In this document: in pieces, positions 12,900-23,168 of the stretch
Layout of the letters: each line of letters starts with the position of its first letter
Numbering within the stretch: position 1 is the first letter of the stretch
Source of the DNA: Mytilus californianus
Lineage: Eukaryota
Assembly: GCF_021869535.1 (NCBI RefSeq)
Contig: NW_026262701.1
Location: 35,402,001-35,466,000 of the forward strand
Direction: 5' to 3'
Length of the DNA stretch: 64,000 nt
Program-made: the position numbers and the translations under genes
The notes under the pieces: generated by a model
Told to the model about the DNA's origin: nothing
The model's input: the letters and a program-made list of their open reading frames with translations, nothing else
Databases searched by the model: none

Positions 12900-13521
12900 G
12901 GGCATACGATACAGTTTTGATCCCACGGTGAATTTTTGACGAAAGTTTGCATACAAGCTAATTTTCACCTAGTCAATTCAAATATGTAATAAAAAATATA
13001 CCTTCCTGTGCTACTTTTAGAGATAAATTGGGTCGAAATTTTAGACATTTACTTGAAATTTCGGTTTCTTGGACATTTCTATCCTTCAGAAAGACATACC
13101 GAACTTTTTTGTTTCAGAAGATAAACGCAAGCGGATTTTTGTAACATCATTCGGACTATCTTCTCTGCATAACAGTGCTTTGAATTTGTTTAATAATGCG
13201 TTGGAAATAATTCGTTTTTATCACATTTTCATGTCTATAGTAAAAACACGGCATTTTTTTCTGTATATTTATCTAATTTAAAAAAAATCCATCCGTGATT
13301 TTTTCATAAAAAATGGCACAAATAATCTTCATACATTATCAAGCCAAATGTCATTTTTCAAAAGAGGGGTCCATGAACTCGTTTTCAAGTTAAATCAGTC
13401 TGAATGATAAAAATCAGTAGAAAAATGCACCTTTTCCCGATATGTCACAGTTTGATGTCGTGAAAAATAACATTTTACGTTAGCGACGTCATTATCTCCC
13501 CTGTAACCGTATCGTATGCCC
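12900..13521. mobile_element. TIR MITE, Kolobok-like (TTAA target, RR..YY ends)
   Basis: ttaa|GGGCATACGATAC ... GTATCGTATGCCC|taaa; it interrupts a copy of the common interspersed repeat. Confidence 0.75.
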
Positions 13522-13670
13522 TAAATACACCTTTTTCCAGAAGCTGTTGTGGTATTATCGACAAAATTTTTACATGTATTTCATTTAGTGTTACCGTCAT
13601 GTATCATCAGAAATATACCATATTTTTTATAAGTGTACTGAATGTCGATATAATGATAAACATTAAACAA

Positions 13671-13676
13671 TTTATT
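13671..13676 (-). promoter_or_regulatory. Candidate poly(A) signal of gene B
   Basis: AATAAA on minus about 325 nt after the stop; the motif is common by chance in AT-rich DNA. Confidence 0.35.
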
Positions 13677-13999
13677 AGTAATAAATAACATTAAATATGA
13701 TACAATGCTATGTAATAATGAATATTAATATCAGTATGAACTGGCGCTACTTTGAAAGACTATTTTTTTGTATTTGATCATTGTAAAATAAAATTTTTGT
13801 ATTTTATCAAAAATAAAATAAATTGGTGACCATCTTGAAAATTATAGTCATTAGAGTTGTTTCCCTTTTGTCACTGACATAATACTGTGCAGAAACTAAG
13901 CTAGATTCGACTAGCTTATTTTCTTTAAAGTCCAAATTGAGATCAGGCTGTAATGAATTTTCAAATATTTTAGGCAGGACGAAAGATGTTCGTTTCCTG

Positions 14000-16918
14000 T
14001 CAAAATTTGAATACTTTAATGTCTCCGTTTTCCTGTGTCACAATTAGATGTCCAAATGGACTGAGACATACGGCAATAGGACTAACCAGACCGTCATTAG
14101 ATGTCATTACTACATATTTGTACTTCCCATCAATGCCTAACATATGAATGGCGTTTCCATTTTTGTCGGCGATAATAACGTTTCCGAGTCTGTCCGTACA
14201 CATTCCTCTTGGATCTTTAATTACACTCTCATTCATCGATTCTTCGTACCTAGCTTTACCGTTTCTACCTAGACATATCAAATTGTTTCTTGACTGGCAA
14301 TCGGAGACAACTATTTCCCCTTGATTATTTGTGCATATATAATATGGCCATGTAAACAACAGTCGTCCGTGTTGACGATAGTCATCGCGGTAGGTTTGTA
14401 AAATTGCGCCATCTACCGTCAAGACGTCAACACACTGTCCACCAGAAGAACAACAAGAGACCACAATACATGGATTTCCAGGAACGGAGAACGCATCACA
14501 TGCAACTCCTCTGTATTGTTTTGCAGTTCGGATTCGCTTCCGTATTCTCATTACATCGTCTTTAAGTATTACAAATATAAGTGTTGAAAGTTCCGGAAGT
14601 GTGACTACTAACTCTGTACTTGAAATGTCTACTATTCCGTGAGGCCAACTTGGTACTGATGCCTCTCCCACGACACATCCACTTGGATCAAATGCTTTAA
14701 TTTTCTTATTGTGAAAATCTGTAATTATCGGCGTACCGTCTTCAAGAACTGCAATATCGATTGGCCAGCATTTCTTTGAATCTCCATCTGTCTTTCCGTT
14801 AAAAGAAAATAACAGGGGTATACTCTTCGACTTTTGCATTTCAGGTTTAGCAGGTACCTGTGGACGTGACGTTGTATTCGATTGTGGTTCAGTATTGCAA
14901 GGTGATATTTGATTGGCATTTAATTTTACCGGATTCTGTTGTAACTGACCGTTTAAGCTGTCAGACGGTATGCTAGTGTTCAAACTTTCTATCTTCTTTG
15001 GTGACATGCCTTCGTCTCTGTTCCTTTCTTGGCTTTGTGTTTTAGGCATAGGGATTGTGTCGTCTATTCCATCTTCTATAGATTTAGAGCGACATGGTTG
15101 AGATTTAGATGTTACGGATGATGACAAAGCATGACCTTGTTCTTTCTTTTCTATATTTCGTCTGCCAGTAGGTGGAGAAAATGGAGTAACCGTAGCTTCA
15201 GGTGGTAATGGTGGTTTAATTGAAGTTCTCGATGTACGAGAAATATTTCCCTGAGGAGTAATTTCAGAGTCAGCTTTTCTTTCTGGCGATAAAACATTTC
15301 TTTGTGTTGACGTTCTTACTGAATCTCGTCTACTTTCGTTATTTAAATTTCGAACTGAAGATTTTATGCTTTCTCGGTTTGTTTTTTCTTCTCTTATATC
15401 AGCATTACTGTGCGATTTTGCTCTAGATACACTCGGATATCTCGGTGTTCTAGGTTGTCTCGGTAATGTGCCGGCACGGTTAGGTACATTCCTTTCATTC
15501 TGTTTCACATTGTCTTTATGAACACCTCGCATGGGAGTATTTCGGCGTCTAGGAGGAATAGGAGCGGCTTCTTGTGAACTTACCGATTCACTCGACGTTG
15601 AAGACATACTATTTGTCGGAGTTAAAGATTTACCTGATGGTTTTTCAACTCTAAATGTACCCGTCCTTTTAATGGTACCTGTACGATTTTGACTTTCGTC
15701 GTCATCGTAGCCATTCATACTCAAATAGTTTTCTTTGTTTAAATCTACAACATCAATAATCCTACCAAACGATTTCATTTCAAGAATTCGCTGTAAACAT
15801 GGATCTATGGAAAATTTGTATCTCGTATTCAGTTTGTTTAGTTTTGCCTTTTGGATAGCAGACCTCATGTCATCAACTTGGACTTTGATAGTATCAAAGA
15901 GAGACAGTATTTCTGAATCACTTCCGAATTTCATCAAGTTTTGTAATAAGTTGTTTGTATTTTCAACGTTCTTTTTCATTTCGTCAACATCTTTCAGCCT
16001 AACATCGACTTCATTCATAGTTGATTTATGTTTCTCTTCTAATTCGCCGATCAGTTTGTTTTCTAGATTAAGTAACAGTTCATTTATTTTTGATCTAACG
16101 TCTGATAGTTCTGCAATTAAGTGTGTCTTGTTATCTGCAAGTTCCGACAACTCTTTGGAATGATCGGTTGCCCACTCTGACAGAATTTCTCGTTGTCGCT
16201 GTAAATCTTTGTAAACATGTTCAGTTTCTGGTTTTAATTTTTGAACAGCGTCTGAAACAGTTTCAACCATTTCACATCGTCGATGTTGAACTGCAACACA
16301 AGAAGAACAAATCGCAGCATGACAATCGACACAATAAAACTCGATTATTTTGTCCCTATGATAAGAACAAGGGATATCCTTTCTCGTGCTCAAAATCGAC
16401 TGCATTGGATTGCTGCGCATGTCTTCCAAAGAGATCACCACGTGTTCACGACATGCTTTGATGACGTTATGAGCATTGATGCAAGATTGACAAAATGCAA
16501 TTTTACATGTTTGGCACCAGTTTTCAGCTTTATTTCTACGAGATTGTCCTTCTATACTGCAAGATTCACAGTGTTTTTCTGTTGAGTGCATATCAAGTTT
16601 CTCCATTAAACTTTCGATAAAATGATTATCCGGGAAAACCTCTGCCCATTGCTGGACATTTCTGTTTCCAATGGGAATGTCGAGTTGTATTTCTGATCTA
16701 CATACGGGACAAGAGAAGCATTTACTAGTCTCGTTACAATTTTCATCACCACTAATAACTACTTCCGGTTGACTATCGTCCAGCAGTTTGTTTAGAGATT
16801 TAGCCAGACAGTCTTTACAGAACGTGTGAAGACATGGTAACAGTTTAGGGCTCCTGTATCGCTGGATACAGATCGGACACACGAGAAATTCTTCTTTTAT
16901 CTGTTTTATGGTTTCCAT
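14000..16918 (-). CDS. Gene B: tripartite-motif (TRIM) E3 ligase-like protein: RING, B-box1, B-box2, coiled coil, disordered linker, NHL-like beta-propeller (972 aa)
   Basis: Uninterrupted ORF. RING CPIC..CLHTFCKDC..CPVC; B-boxes CESC..CQTC..CQSC..H..H and CSYH..CVDC..CSSC..H; C-terminal repeats such as WPIDIAVL, WPHGIV, WPYYIC and DPRGMCTD. Confidence 0.95.
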   Translation of the reverse strand: METIKQIKEEFLVCPICIQRYRSPKLLPCLHTFCKDCLAKSLNKLLDDSQPEVVISGDENCNETSKCFSCPVCRSEIQLDIPIGNRNVQQWAEVFPDNHFIESLMEKLDMHSTEKHCESCSIEGQSRRNKAENWCQTCKIAFCQSCINAHNVIKACREHVVISLEDMRSNPMQSILSTRKDIPCSYHRDKIIEFYCVDCHAAICSSCVAVQHRRCEMVETVSDAVQKLKPETEHVYKDLQRQREILSEWATDHSKELSELADNKTHLIAELSDVRSKINELLLNLENKLIGELEEKHKSTMNEVDVRLKDVDEMKKNVENTNNLLQNLMKFGSDSEILSLFDTIKVQVDDMRSAIQKAKLNKLNTRYKFSIDPCLQRILEMKSFGRIIDVVDLNKENYLSMNGYDDDESQNRTGTIKRTGTFRVEKPSGKSLTPTNSMSSTSSESVSSQEAAPIPPRRRNTPMRGVHKDNVKQNERNVPNRAGTLPRQPRTPRYPSVSRAKSHSNADIREEKTNRESIKSSVRNLNNESRRDSVRTSTQRNVLSPERKADSEITPQGNISRTSRTSIKPPLPPEATVTPFSPPTGRRNIEKKEQGHALSSSVTSKSQPCRSKSIEDGIDDTIPMPKTQSQERNRDEGMSPKKIESLNTSIPSDSLNGQLQQNPVKLNANQISPCNTEPQSNTTSRPQVPAKPEMQKSKSIPLLFSFNGKTDGDSKKCWPIDIAVLEDGTPIITDFHNKKIKAFDPSGCVVGEASVPSWPHGIVDISSTELVVTLPELSTLIFVILKDDVMRIRKRIRTAKQYRGVACDAFSVPGNPCIVVSCCSSGGQCVDVLTVDGAILQTYRDDYRQHGRLLFTWPYYICTNNQGEIVVSDCQSRNNLICLGRNGKARYEESMNESVIKDPRGMCTDRLGNVIIADKNGNAIHMLGIDGKYKYVVMTSNDGLVSPIAVCLSPFGHLIVTQENGDIKVFKF

Positions 16919-16950
16919 CTCAAATTAGTTATCCACTGAAATAACAGAAA
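16919..16950 (-). other. Splice acceptor and 17-nt 5'UTR segment just upstream of the gene B ATG
   Basis: Minus strand tttctgttatttcag|tggataactaatttgagATG; the exon would start at 16935, implying at least one upstream non-coding exon. Confidence 0.65.
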
Positions 16951-17085
16951 CAATTTTAATTATGTTATAAGAGTATGAATACGGTATACTAGTTTATGCA
17001 TAATGATTATTATTTTCAATAAATAAAATGGTAACCCCGTCGATAATTATTACTGATTGACCTATACGTGCGTGAAAAAGGTAGG

Positions 17086-18746
17086 GACGTTGCGCACGAT
17101 GTTGGTACCAATTCCATTTTGCTATAGATTAGCATAAAAATAAATACGTAGACTGGTCAGTTCGATAAAAATATAATGATTTCTGATTGAATTCATTCCA
17201 TTAGACTTGAAATTAAAGAAAAAAAGGAACCGAAATTTAAAATACCAGGAATTATAACACTTAATTATCCCATTTTTACGCAAAAGCGTAATGTCCAACG
17301 TTTCATTTTGTGTGCAAAAGATCAGAGTTCCGTTTCTCTCCTACGGTATTTTTTCTCTGATCATCGTAAAACTTCACAATAATATTGCTATTGTTATAAT
17401 TATTCGCGTGTTAAAGCAAAATCAATATCACTGAAACCGTAATCCGGAAAATGTTATTTTTGTAAATGGTCTGAAAAATGTCCAACCGTATGCAAAGTAA
17501 GTATATTTCGGGTTTGCGCATTTATACCGTGAAATTGAAAAAGCTGAGAGAAAAAATATTTATTATATTTTGAAAGTTTTTTTACTTTTCTCCTGGTTCA
17601 TGATATTTTTTTGCCGGAAACCATGCGTATAGTTTCTATTGCAATGACTTCAAAAAGTATAGCCATCTTGTCCCAACGAAAAAAACGCTGTATTTTCTTT
17701 AAAATTGAGGTTTTAACGAGATGTCTATCAAATAAGCATAGTTAGATCATAAAAAAATAAAACTTGGCGGTAAAGGTTTTTCTGTTTTTCTTCTTAAACA
17801 ATATAGTGTTTAATATTTTTTCGTTAGGCAACAAGGTTTTTAGATCGTTTCAAAAAGTATAGCCGTTTTGTCCCAACGTTCGCAAAACGTAATTGATGTC
17901 ATGCTCTGGTTTTTAATTTTATATCGTAATTATTTGTTTCCAGTTTAATTCGAATGAAAATAAAAATACATGTATAAATTACAATACAACCAATGTATGA
18001 GAAAGGAATAGTTTAAGTTTAAATTCAAATGTTGACCAAATGAGATCGATATAAAAAAAATATCGGGATCTTAGGGTTTTTTTTTATAGCATATTTGTTT
18101 TATATAAGGAACATTGTCTATCTGCAAGTTTTAAATCGTCAAAAGTAACATGTATATTTTTTTGTTAATAAAATAAAATAGAGAAAACCCATTGCTGGCA
18201 ATTATAACAAACAAAGGATATGCCACAAAAATACGGAAATGAGAAAATTTAAAACATGAGTCCCGAATGTTTAACTTCTTAAATATTTTGCGACAAAGAA
18301 AGCATCGGGAAATGATAAAATATAGAAAGGAAACGGAAACGGGAAGAAATGCAACAAAAGGAATAAATATGCAAAAAATAGGAGAATATGAATTCAAAAT
18401 CAAATTTATATTAAAAATAAATCTGTGTAAATTTGGAAATTATTGTATCGGATTCATTAATGCGAACTGCTGCCGAAAGGAAAATTATCAATTATGGCCT
18501 GGAAAGACTGACAACTCCTGTAAATGAATTTCATTAAAAAAATATCTATACGACCACTTTGAGTTTTATTTGTAAATTGATGCATTTTTTCAGACAAACC
18601 GAAATCGGTTACCAAATTCACAACAGTAAATTGACATCATCAATAATATGCTTGAACGCCTGAAACTTTCTTTGAAATCGTCGAAATCGCCTTATTTTGA
18701 GGAACGTCGTGAAACGCTAAGTAGAACCAACATCGTGCGCAACGTC
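17086..18746. mobile_element. Non-autonomous TIR element, 1.66 kb, superfamily unresolved
   Basis: Perfect 21-bp inverted repeat GACGTTGCGCACGATGTTGGT (17086-17106) / ACCAACATCGTGCGCAACGTC (18726-18746), AGG on both flanks; no transposase ORF. Confidence 0.75.
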
Positions 18747-19311
18747 AGGGTATATTTCCCCTCAATATATAAACCACAATCACTTCAATTTTTAATAAAA
18801 CAAAATGCATGTATTCACTTTCTAATATAGGTTTTAACAGCATTATGTCGTATTAAAATCATAAATTATAAAAGGTGGCTTACAACTACAAGTTGTTAGA
18901 TTTTGTCTTTGATTATGAAAAACCTTCAAAATCAAAACAAAAATGATGTCAATAAAACTTATTCAGTTTGGTTTTGGATGACCGATGCTGCAAAATTTTA
19001 CAATCATATACCATTTAAGTCAAATAATTTTTGGTAAAATTTATGATAAATCTTTAAACTACAAATATTTATTTAACTATAATAAAATTTTCATATTAAA
19101 ATTTGTGTTATTTCTTTGTTTTTATCGTCTTAGTGAAACAAATATAGGGGATCTTTGCAAGTACAGTTAACAAACAGTGGAGAAACAAAATAACAGCTTG
19201 TAAGATTCAAAGAAACGGAAATTCTTTTACTAAAGTTTCAAAATAATCTAATAATAATTGGAAAAGTTGTGAGTGAAATAATTTGTAAGCTTGTGAAGAC
19301 ATACGGTTAAT

Positions 19312-19553
19312 GGGGCCTCGGTGGTCGAGTGGTCTAAGTAGTCGAACTACTGTATCACTAGCCGGTCAACACTGAGGTTGTGAGTTCGAATCCCGCACGG
19401 GGCAGGTGCACTCGACTCCAATCTTAATTGACTAGAATTGTCAGTTTTCCTACCGAAGGTCGGTGGTTCACTCCGGCTTCCTCCACCAATAAAAACTGAC
19501 CGTCACGAAATAGCACAATAGTGTTGAAAGTGGCGTTAAACACCAATCAATCA
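19312..19553 (+). mobile_element. tRNA-derived SINE with V-domain-like core and intact 12-bp TSD
   Basis: A-box-like tggtcgagtgg, B box gagttcgaatccc, ccggcttcctccacc core and (CAAT)n tail; ACATACGGTTAA at 19299-19310 and 19554-19565. Confidence 0.88.
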
Positions 19554-20540
19554 ACATACGGTTAAAAATAAAAAATGAAAATGAATTTCACCCTTCAGTA
19601 CTCCTGACTAGCCGATTAAAATGGCTGAATCTTTTATTTATTATAATTTTCCGTGATTCATCATTAAAATCCTTTTTTCCACTCTGCTTTTTCGACCGAT
19701 TTATTGTGTCGTTAAAAAAGAATCTAAAGTTATGAATAGTTCATATATTAATATGAAATACAATATATACTGTGTTCTCTTTTATATTTTACAAAAGCTA
19801 CATACTTTAATTAAGTCACTTCGTCGTATTTCAAAGCGCAGTGAACTTTGGATATGAAATAGAACAGTATTAAATGTAGTTCCGAGTAACTGATTTGTAT
19901 CTAAATTTGTTTATACAATTTATGATCATCCTACACACCATGTAAGACACATTGTATGAAACATAAGAACTTTAAATATCTTGATAAATATCACAATTAT
20001 TTCACAAAAAGATAACATTTAAAATATTGTGTCTACACATAGACAATACACGCAATGGTCATACCCCGAGTTACTTAAAATTAGAAAATAAAAATTTCAA
20101 AAAAAGATAATTTCATATCTAGTTCTTCCTGTTAATTATGTAATATGTTGTATCAACTATTCTTTTTGTAGTCTGTCTAGTCCAGTTAAATTAAAACCAT
20201 TTTTGTATTCTTATCAAAGTAATATCGGATGTAGCAAATTCCAAAAATTGCCGATTGTAGTCTATCTAATATATTACATCTTTATGTTATTTGTAATGTA
20301 GGTAATTTTATTTTGATGATAGATCTTTGATCATCTCTGTTTAATTTATTCACAACTTTTCAAGACTCCGGTTTTAAAGACAACTGTCCGTATCGTTGAA
20401 GACCGCATGTTGAACTCTAGCTGTCTTTTGGTTTTTTTGTTTGTCTTTTTTTTCTTTTAGGTCGTTTGGGTAGCTGTCTCAGAGACTACCAAAGTTCTGC
20501 CATCAACAGCAAATTCTCCAAAATGAAAAAAAAAAAATTG

Positions 20541-20950
20541 AATTATAACAAAAGACACCACTGACATAGTTCCCTACTAATATAACAAAAGACACCACTG
20601 ACATGGTTCCCGATTAATATAACAAAAGACACCACTGACATGGTTCCCTACTAATATAACAAAAGAGACCACTGACATGGTTCCCTACTAATATAACAAA
20701 AGACACCACTGACATGGTTCCAGACTAATATAACAAAAGACACCACTGACATGGTTCCCGAATAATATAATAAAAGACACCACTGACATGGTTCCCGACT
20801 AATATAACAAAAGATACCACTGACATGGTTCCCTACTAATATAACAAAAGACACCACTGACATGGTTCCCGACTAATATAACAAAAGATACCACTGACAT
20901 GGTTCCCGACTAATATAACAAAAGACACCACTGACATGGTTCCCGACTAA
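20541..20950. repeat. 37-bp minisatellite, about 11 copies
   Basis: Unit taatataacaaaagacaccactgacatggttcccgac, head to tail with no spacers. Confidence 0.95.
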
Positions 20951-22856
20951 GTGAGACACATCAATAAGTGGCTTGGCTCAACCAGTGGAATAACAAAATA
21001 TGCATACAAGAATGTACAATAAAAATCTGTACAGGAAAATTACTTAACTCTATTATAACGTTATAATAGATTAAAAAAAATACAAGTAAAAGCAAAACTA
21101 TTTCAAACAACACCGTATCAAAGAATGCTAGTAGTAATTGGAATCTTAACCTGATGAAATAAAATCAAGCAGTCCTAAACTAATATCAACGACTACTTTT
21201 AAAAGTGAGACGAGAGGAATTCATACAACAACGTCATCAGGACCGATTATCAGGGTTTTTGCATATTGATGAAATAAAAACTGCAAGTCACAATCATAAA
21301 GCTTTTTGACGAATGAGTTCAGCGAACGAGTTCAATATGCTTCTCATTGTGTTAAGCAGCTGATAATATGAATTGTTTTTAGACTGGTTTTTTTCATATA
21401 GCAACAATAGTGTTTCTTTGTTTTACACGAAAACCACAAGATAAAACAAAGAATAGAGGATCAGTCTATTATATGTGGGTAAACTCATCAAAGATATCAG
21501 GCTTATAATTTGGTATGCAAGACGCGCTTTGTTTTCTATATAAGATCATCAGTGGCGCTCAAATCACGACAATTGGAGGGCCACATAAACTACAAAGTTG
21601 AAGAGCATTAAAAACCGATATATACTACTGTCATTTTAAATATCTTATGAATAAGCAAGAACATATATCAAATAAGGGAATACAAGTTAAATATTGAAGA
21701 ATATTTTCCAAAAAAACCCCAAAAAAGGAAGTAGAAAAGGAGGTCGATCCATGTCCCAAGTGCAGTGTAAAAACCTAGCATTGACCATCTTCCACAAATG
21801 TAGAAATTACAAAGGCCATTTGACATATCAACAATCAGTCTAATTTAAAATCAGAGCTATAGGTAAGTGTACAACTATACATGGTATGAAGTATTTCTTG
21901 ACTTCTTATTTTTATTTCTATATAAACTGAATGCTATTTTACATTGACATTCTTCTTCAAATGTTAAAGTAACAAAGTCCCCATAAACACCATAAATCAA
22001 TGTTGATGAAAGGGATATACACATTGTATCAAGTAATCATTTCTAGTTTTGTTCAATGTAAACTGCATAAACTTTTGTCAGAGATAAAAGTATTTTGTTA
22101 CGGACTGAGAAGTGGATCGACGTAGACAACACACTATGATGTTGGAGATACATTTCCTTTCAGTAAGATTTTTCGAGTATGCTTTAAAAAAATAATTGAT
22201 ACTATTACGGATATATATATGACGATTAATAGACATGAGGACAATTTCACTTTTTCATGGAAGAAATTAGCCAAAAAACAAACCGTGTTCGATTGTTTTC
22301 ACCTTGTTTTCAATATTATAAACACATTTATTTATTTTCCTACCTGAATTATAAATCAGATCCACATTTTACTTTCTGATTAATTATTTGAAATATCGAA
22401 TATTAAAACTCTGCACATGTTTCATTTTCGTCCGAATATTCAGCTAAACAAATCACACCTTTATGCTATCAATATACTTCATAGGTAGATACCTCAGGCA
22501 AATTATTAAATCTGTTTGAGGAATTTATATATTTATTATAGTGTAGGATAATGTATGCGTATGGACTTTAAAAATTTGTCATCAGCGGCCTTTCGTCATA
22601 AACACGGAGTGTTTTCTTTCAATTTAAAGAATAGATCTAATAAAAATATTTAGTTTCAGTGCTTGTTTTTCTTCAACTTTTGGTCATAAGTTTTTCAAGT
22701 TCAAAATGATCATCATTCATTTCCCTTTTTAATTTTTAGATTGACTTTGATATGTTATTAATGCTATACTGTGTGACTTTCTTATCGTTTTTATAAAAGG
22801 TATAATACATTGTAGTAATAGTTGTCACTTTTTTACGATGATGATAATGTGTAAGG

Positions 22857-23168
22857 TCCAGTGGCAAGTATTACATTCACATGATGAGAAGATGTTAATG
22901 TGATATGAATATGGACCCTGCTTTGTACATGTACTAGACTGACACGCTGAGCTAGATTTTCATAAAGTAGCAATTCGAAAGACATGTCACCCAATCCGGA
23001 CTCATTATTGGGACGCCTAGCCGACCAGTGTCTTTACTATTACTAATTATAATCCGTTTGTCAATCGGAGAAGCAGCAAATACCGAGTTAACGTCTTTGG
23101 TTTGAGCCAGTCTTGGATTAAACCCACAACTTCCAACACCCGAGGCGAGTACTAAGAGGCGAGGCGGT
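22857..23168 (-). mobile_element. Decayed tRNA-derived SINE (Meta-domain-like)
   Basis: Reverse complement has a tRNA-like head, then aaaccaaagac..ggtatttgctgcttctccg..gacatgtct, recalled as a MetaSINE-type body. Confidence 0.55.

Noticed and set aside
14725-16585. Extra ORFs 14725..14919, 15735..16163, 16123..16461 and 16283..16585
   Set aside because: Antisense or alternate-frame shadows of the TRIM CDS.
19312-19400. Possible tRNA genes (also near 12000, 25906 and 45200)
   Set aside because: A and B boxes are present, but there is no cloverleaf or acceptor stem; each runs into a SINE body.
20541-20950. CRISPR-like appearance of the 37-bp repeats (also the 40-bp array at 34081..34758)
   Set aside because: Units are contiguous with no unique spacers, there are no cas genes, and the context is eukaryotic.
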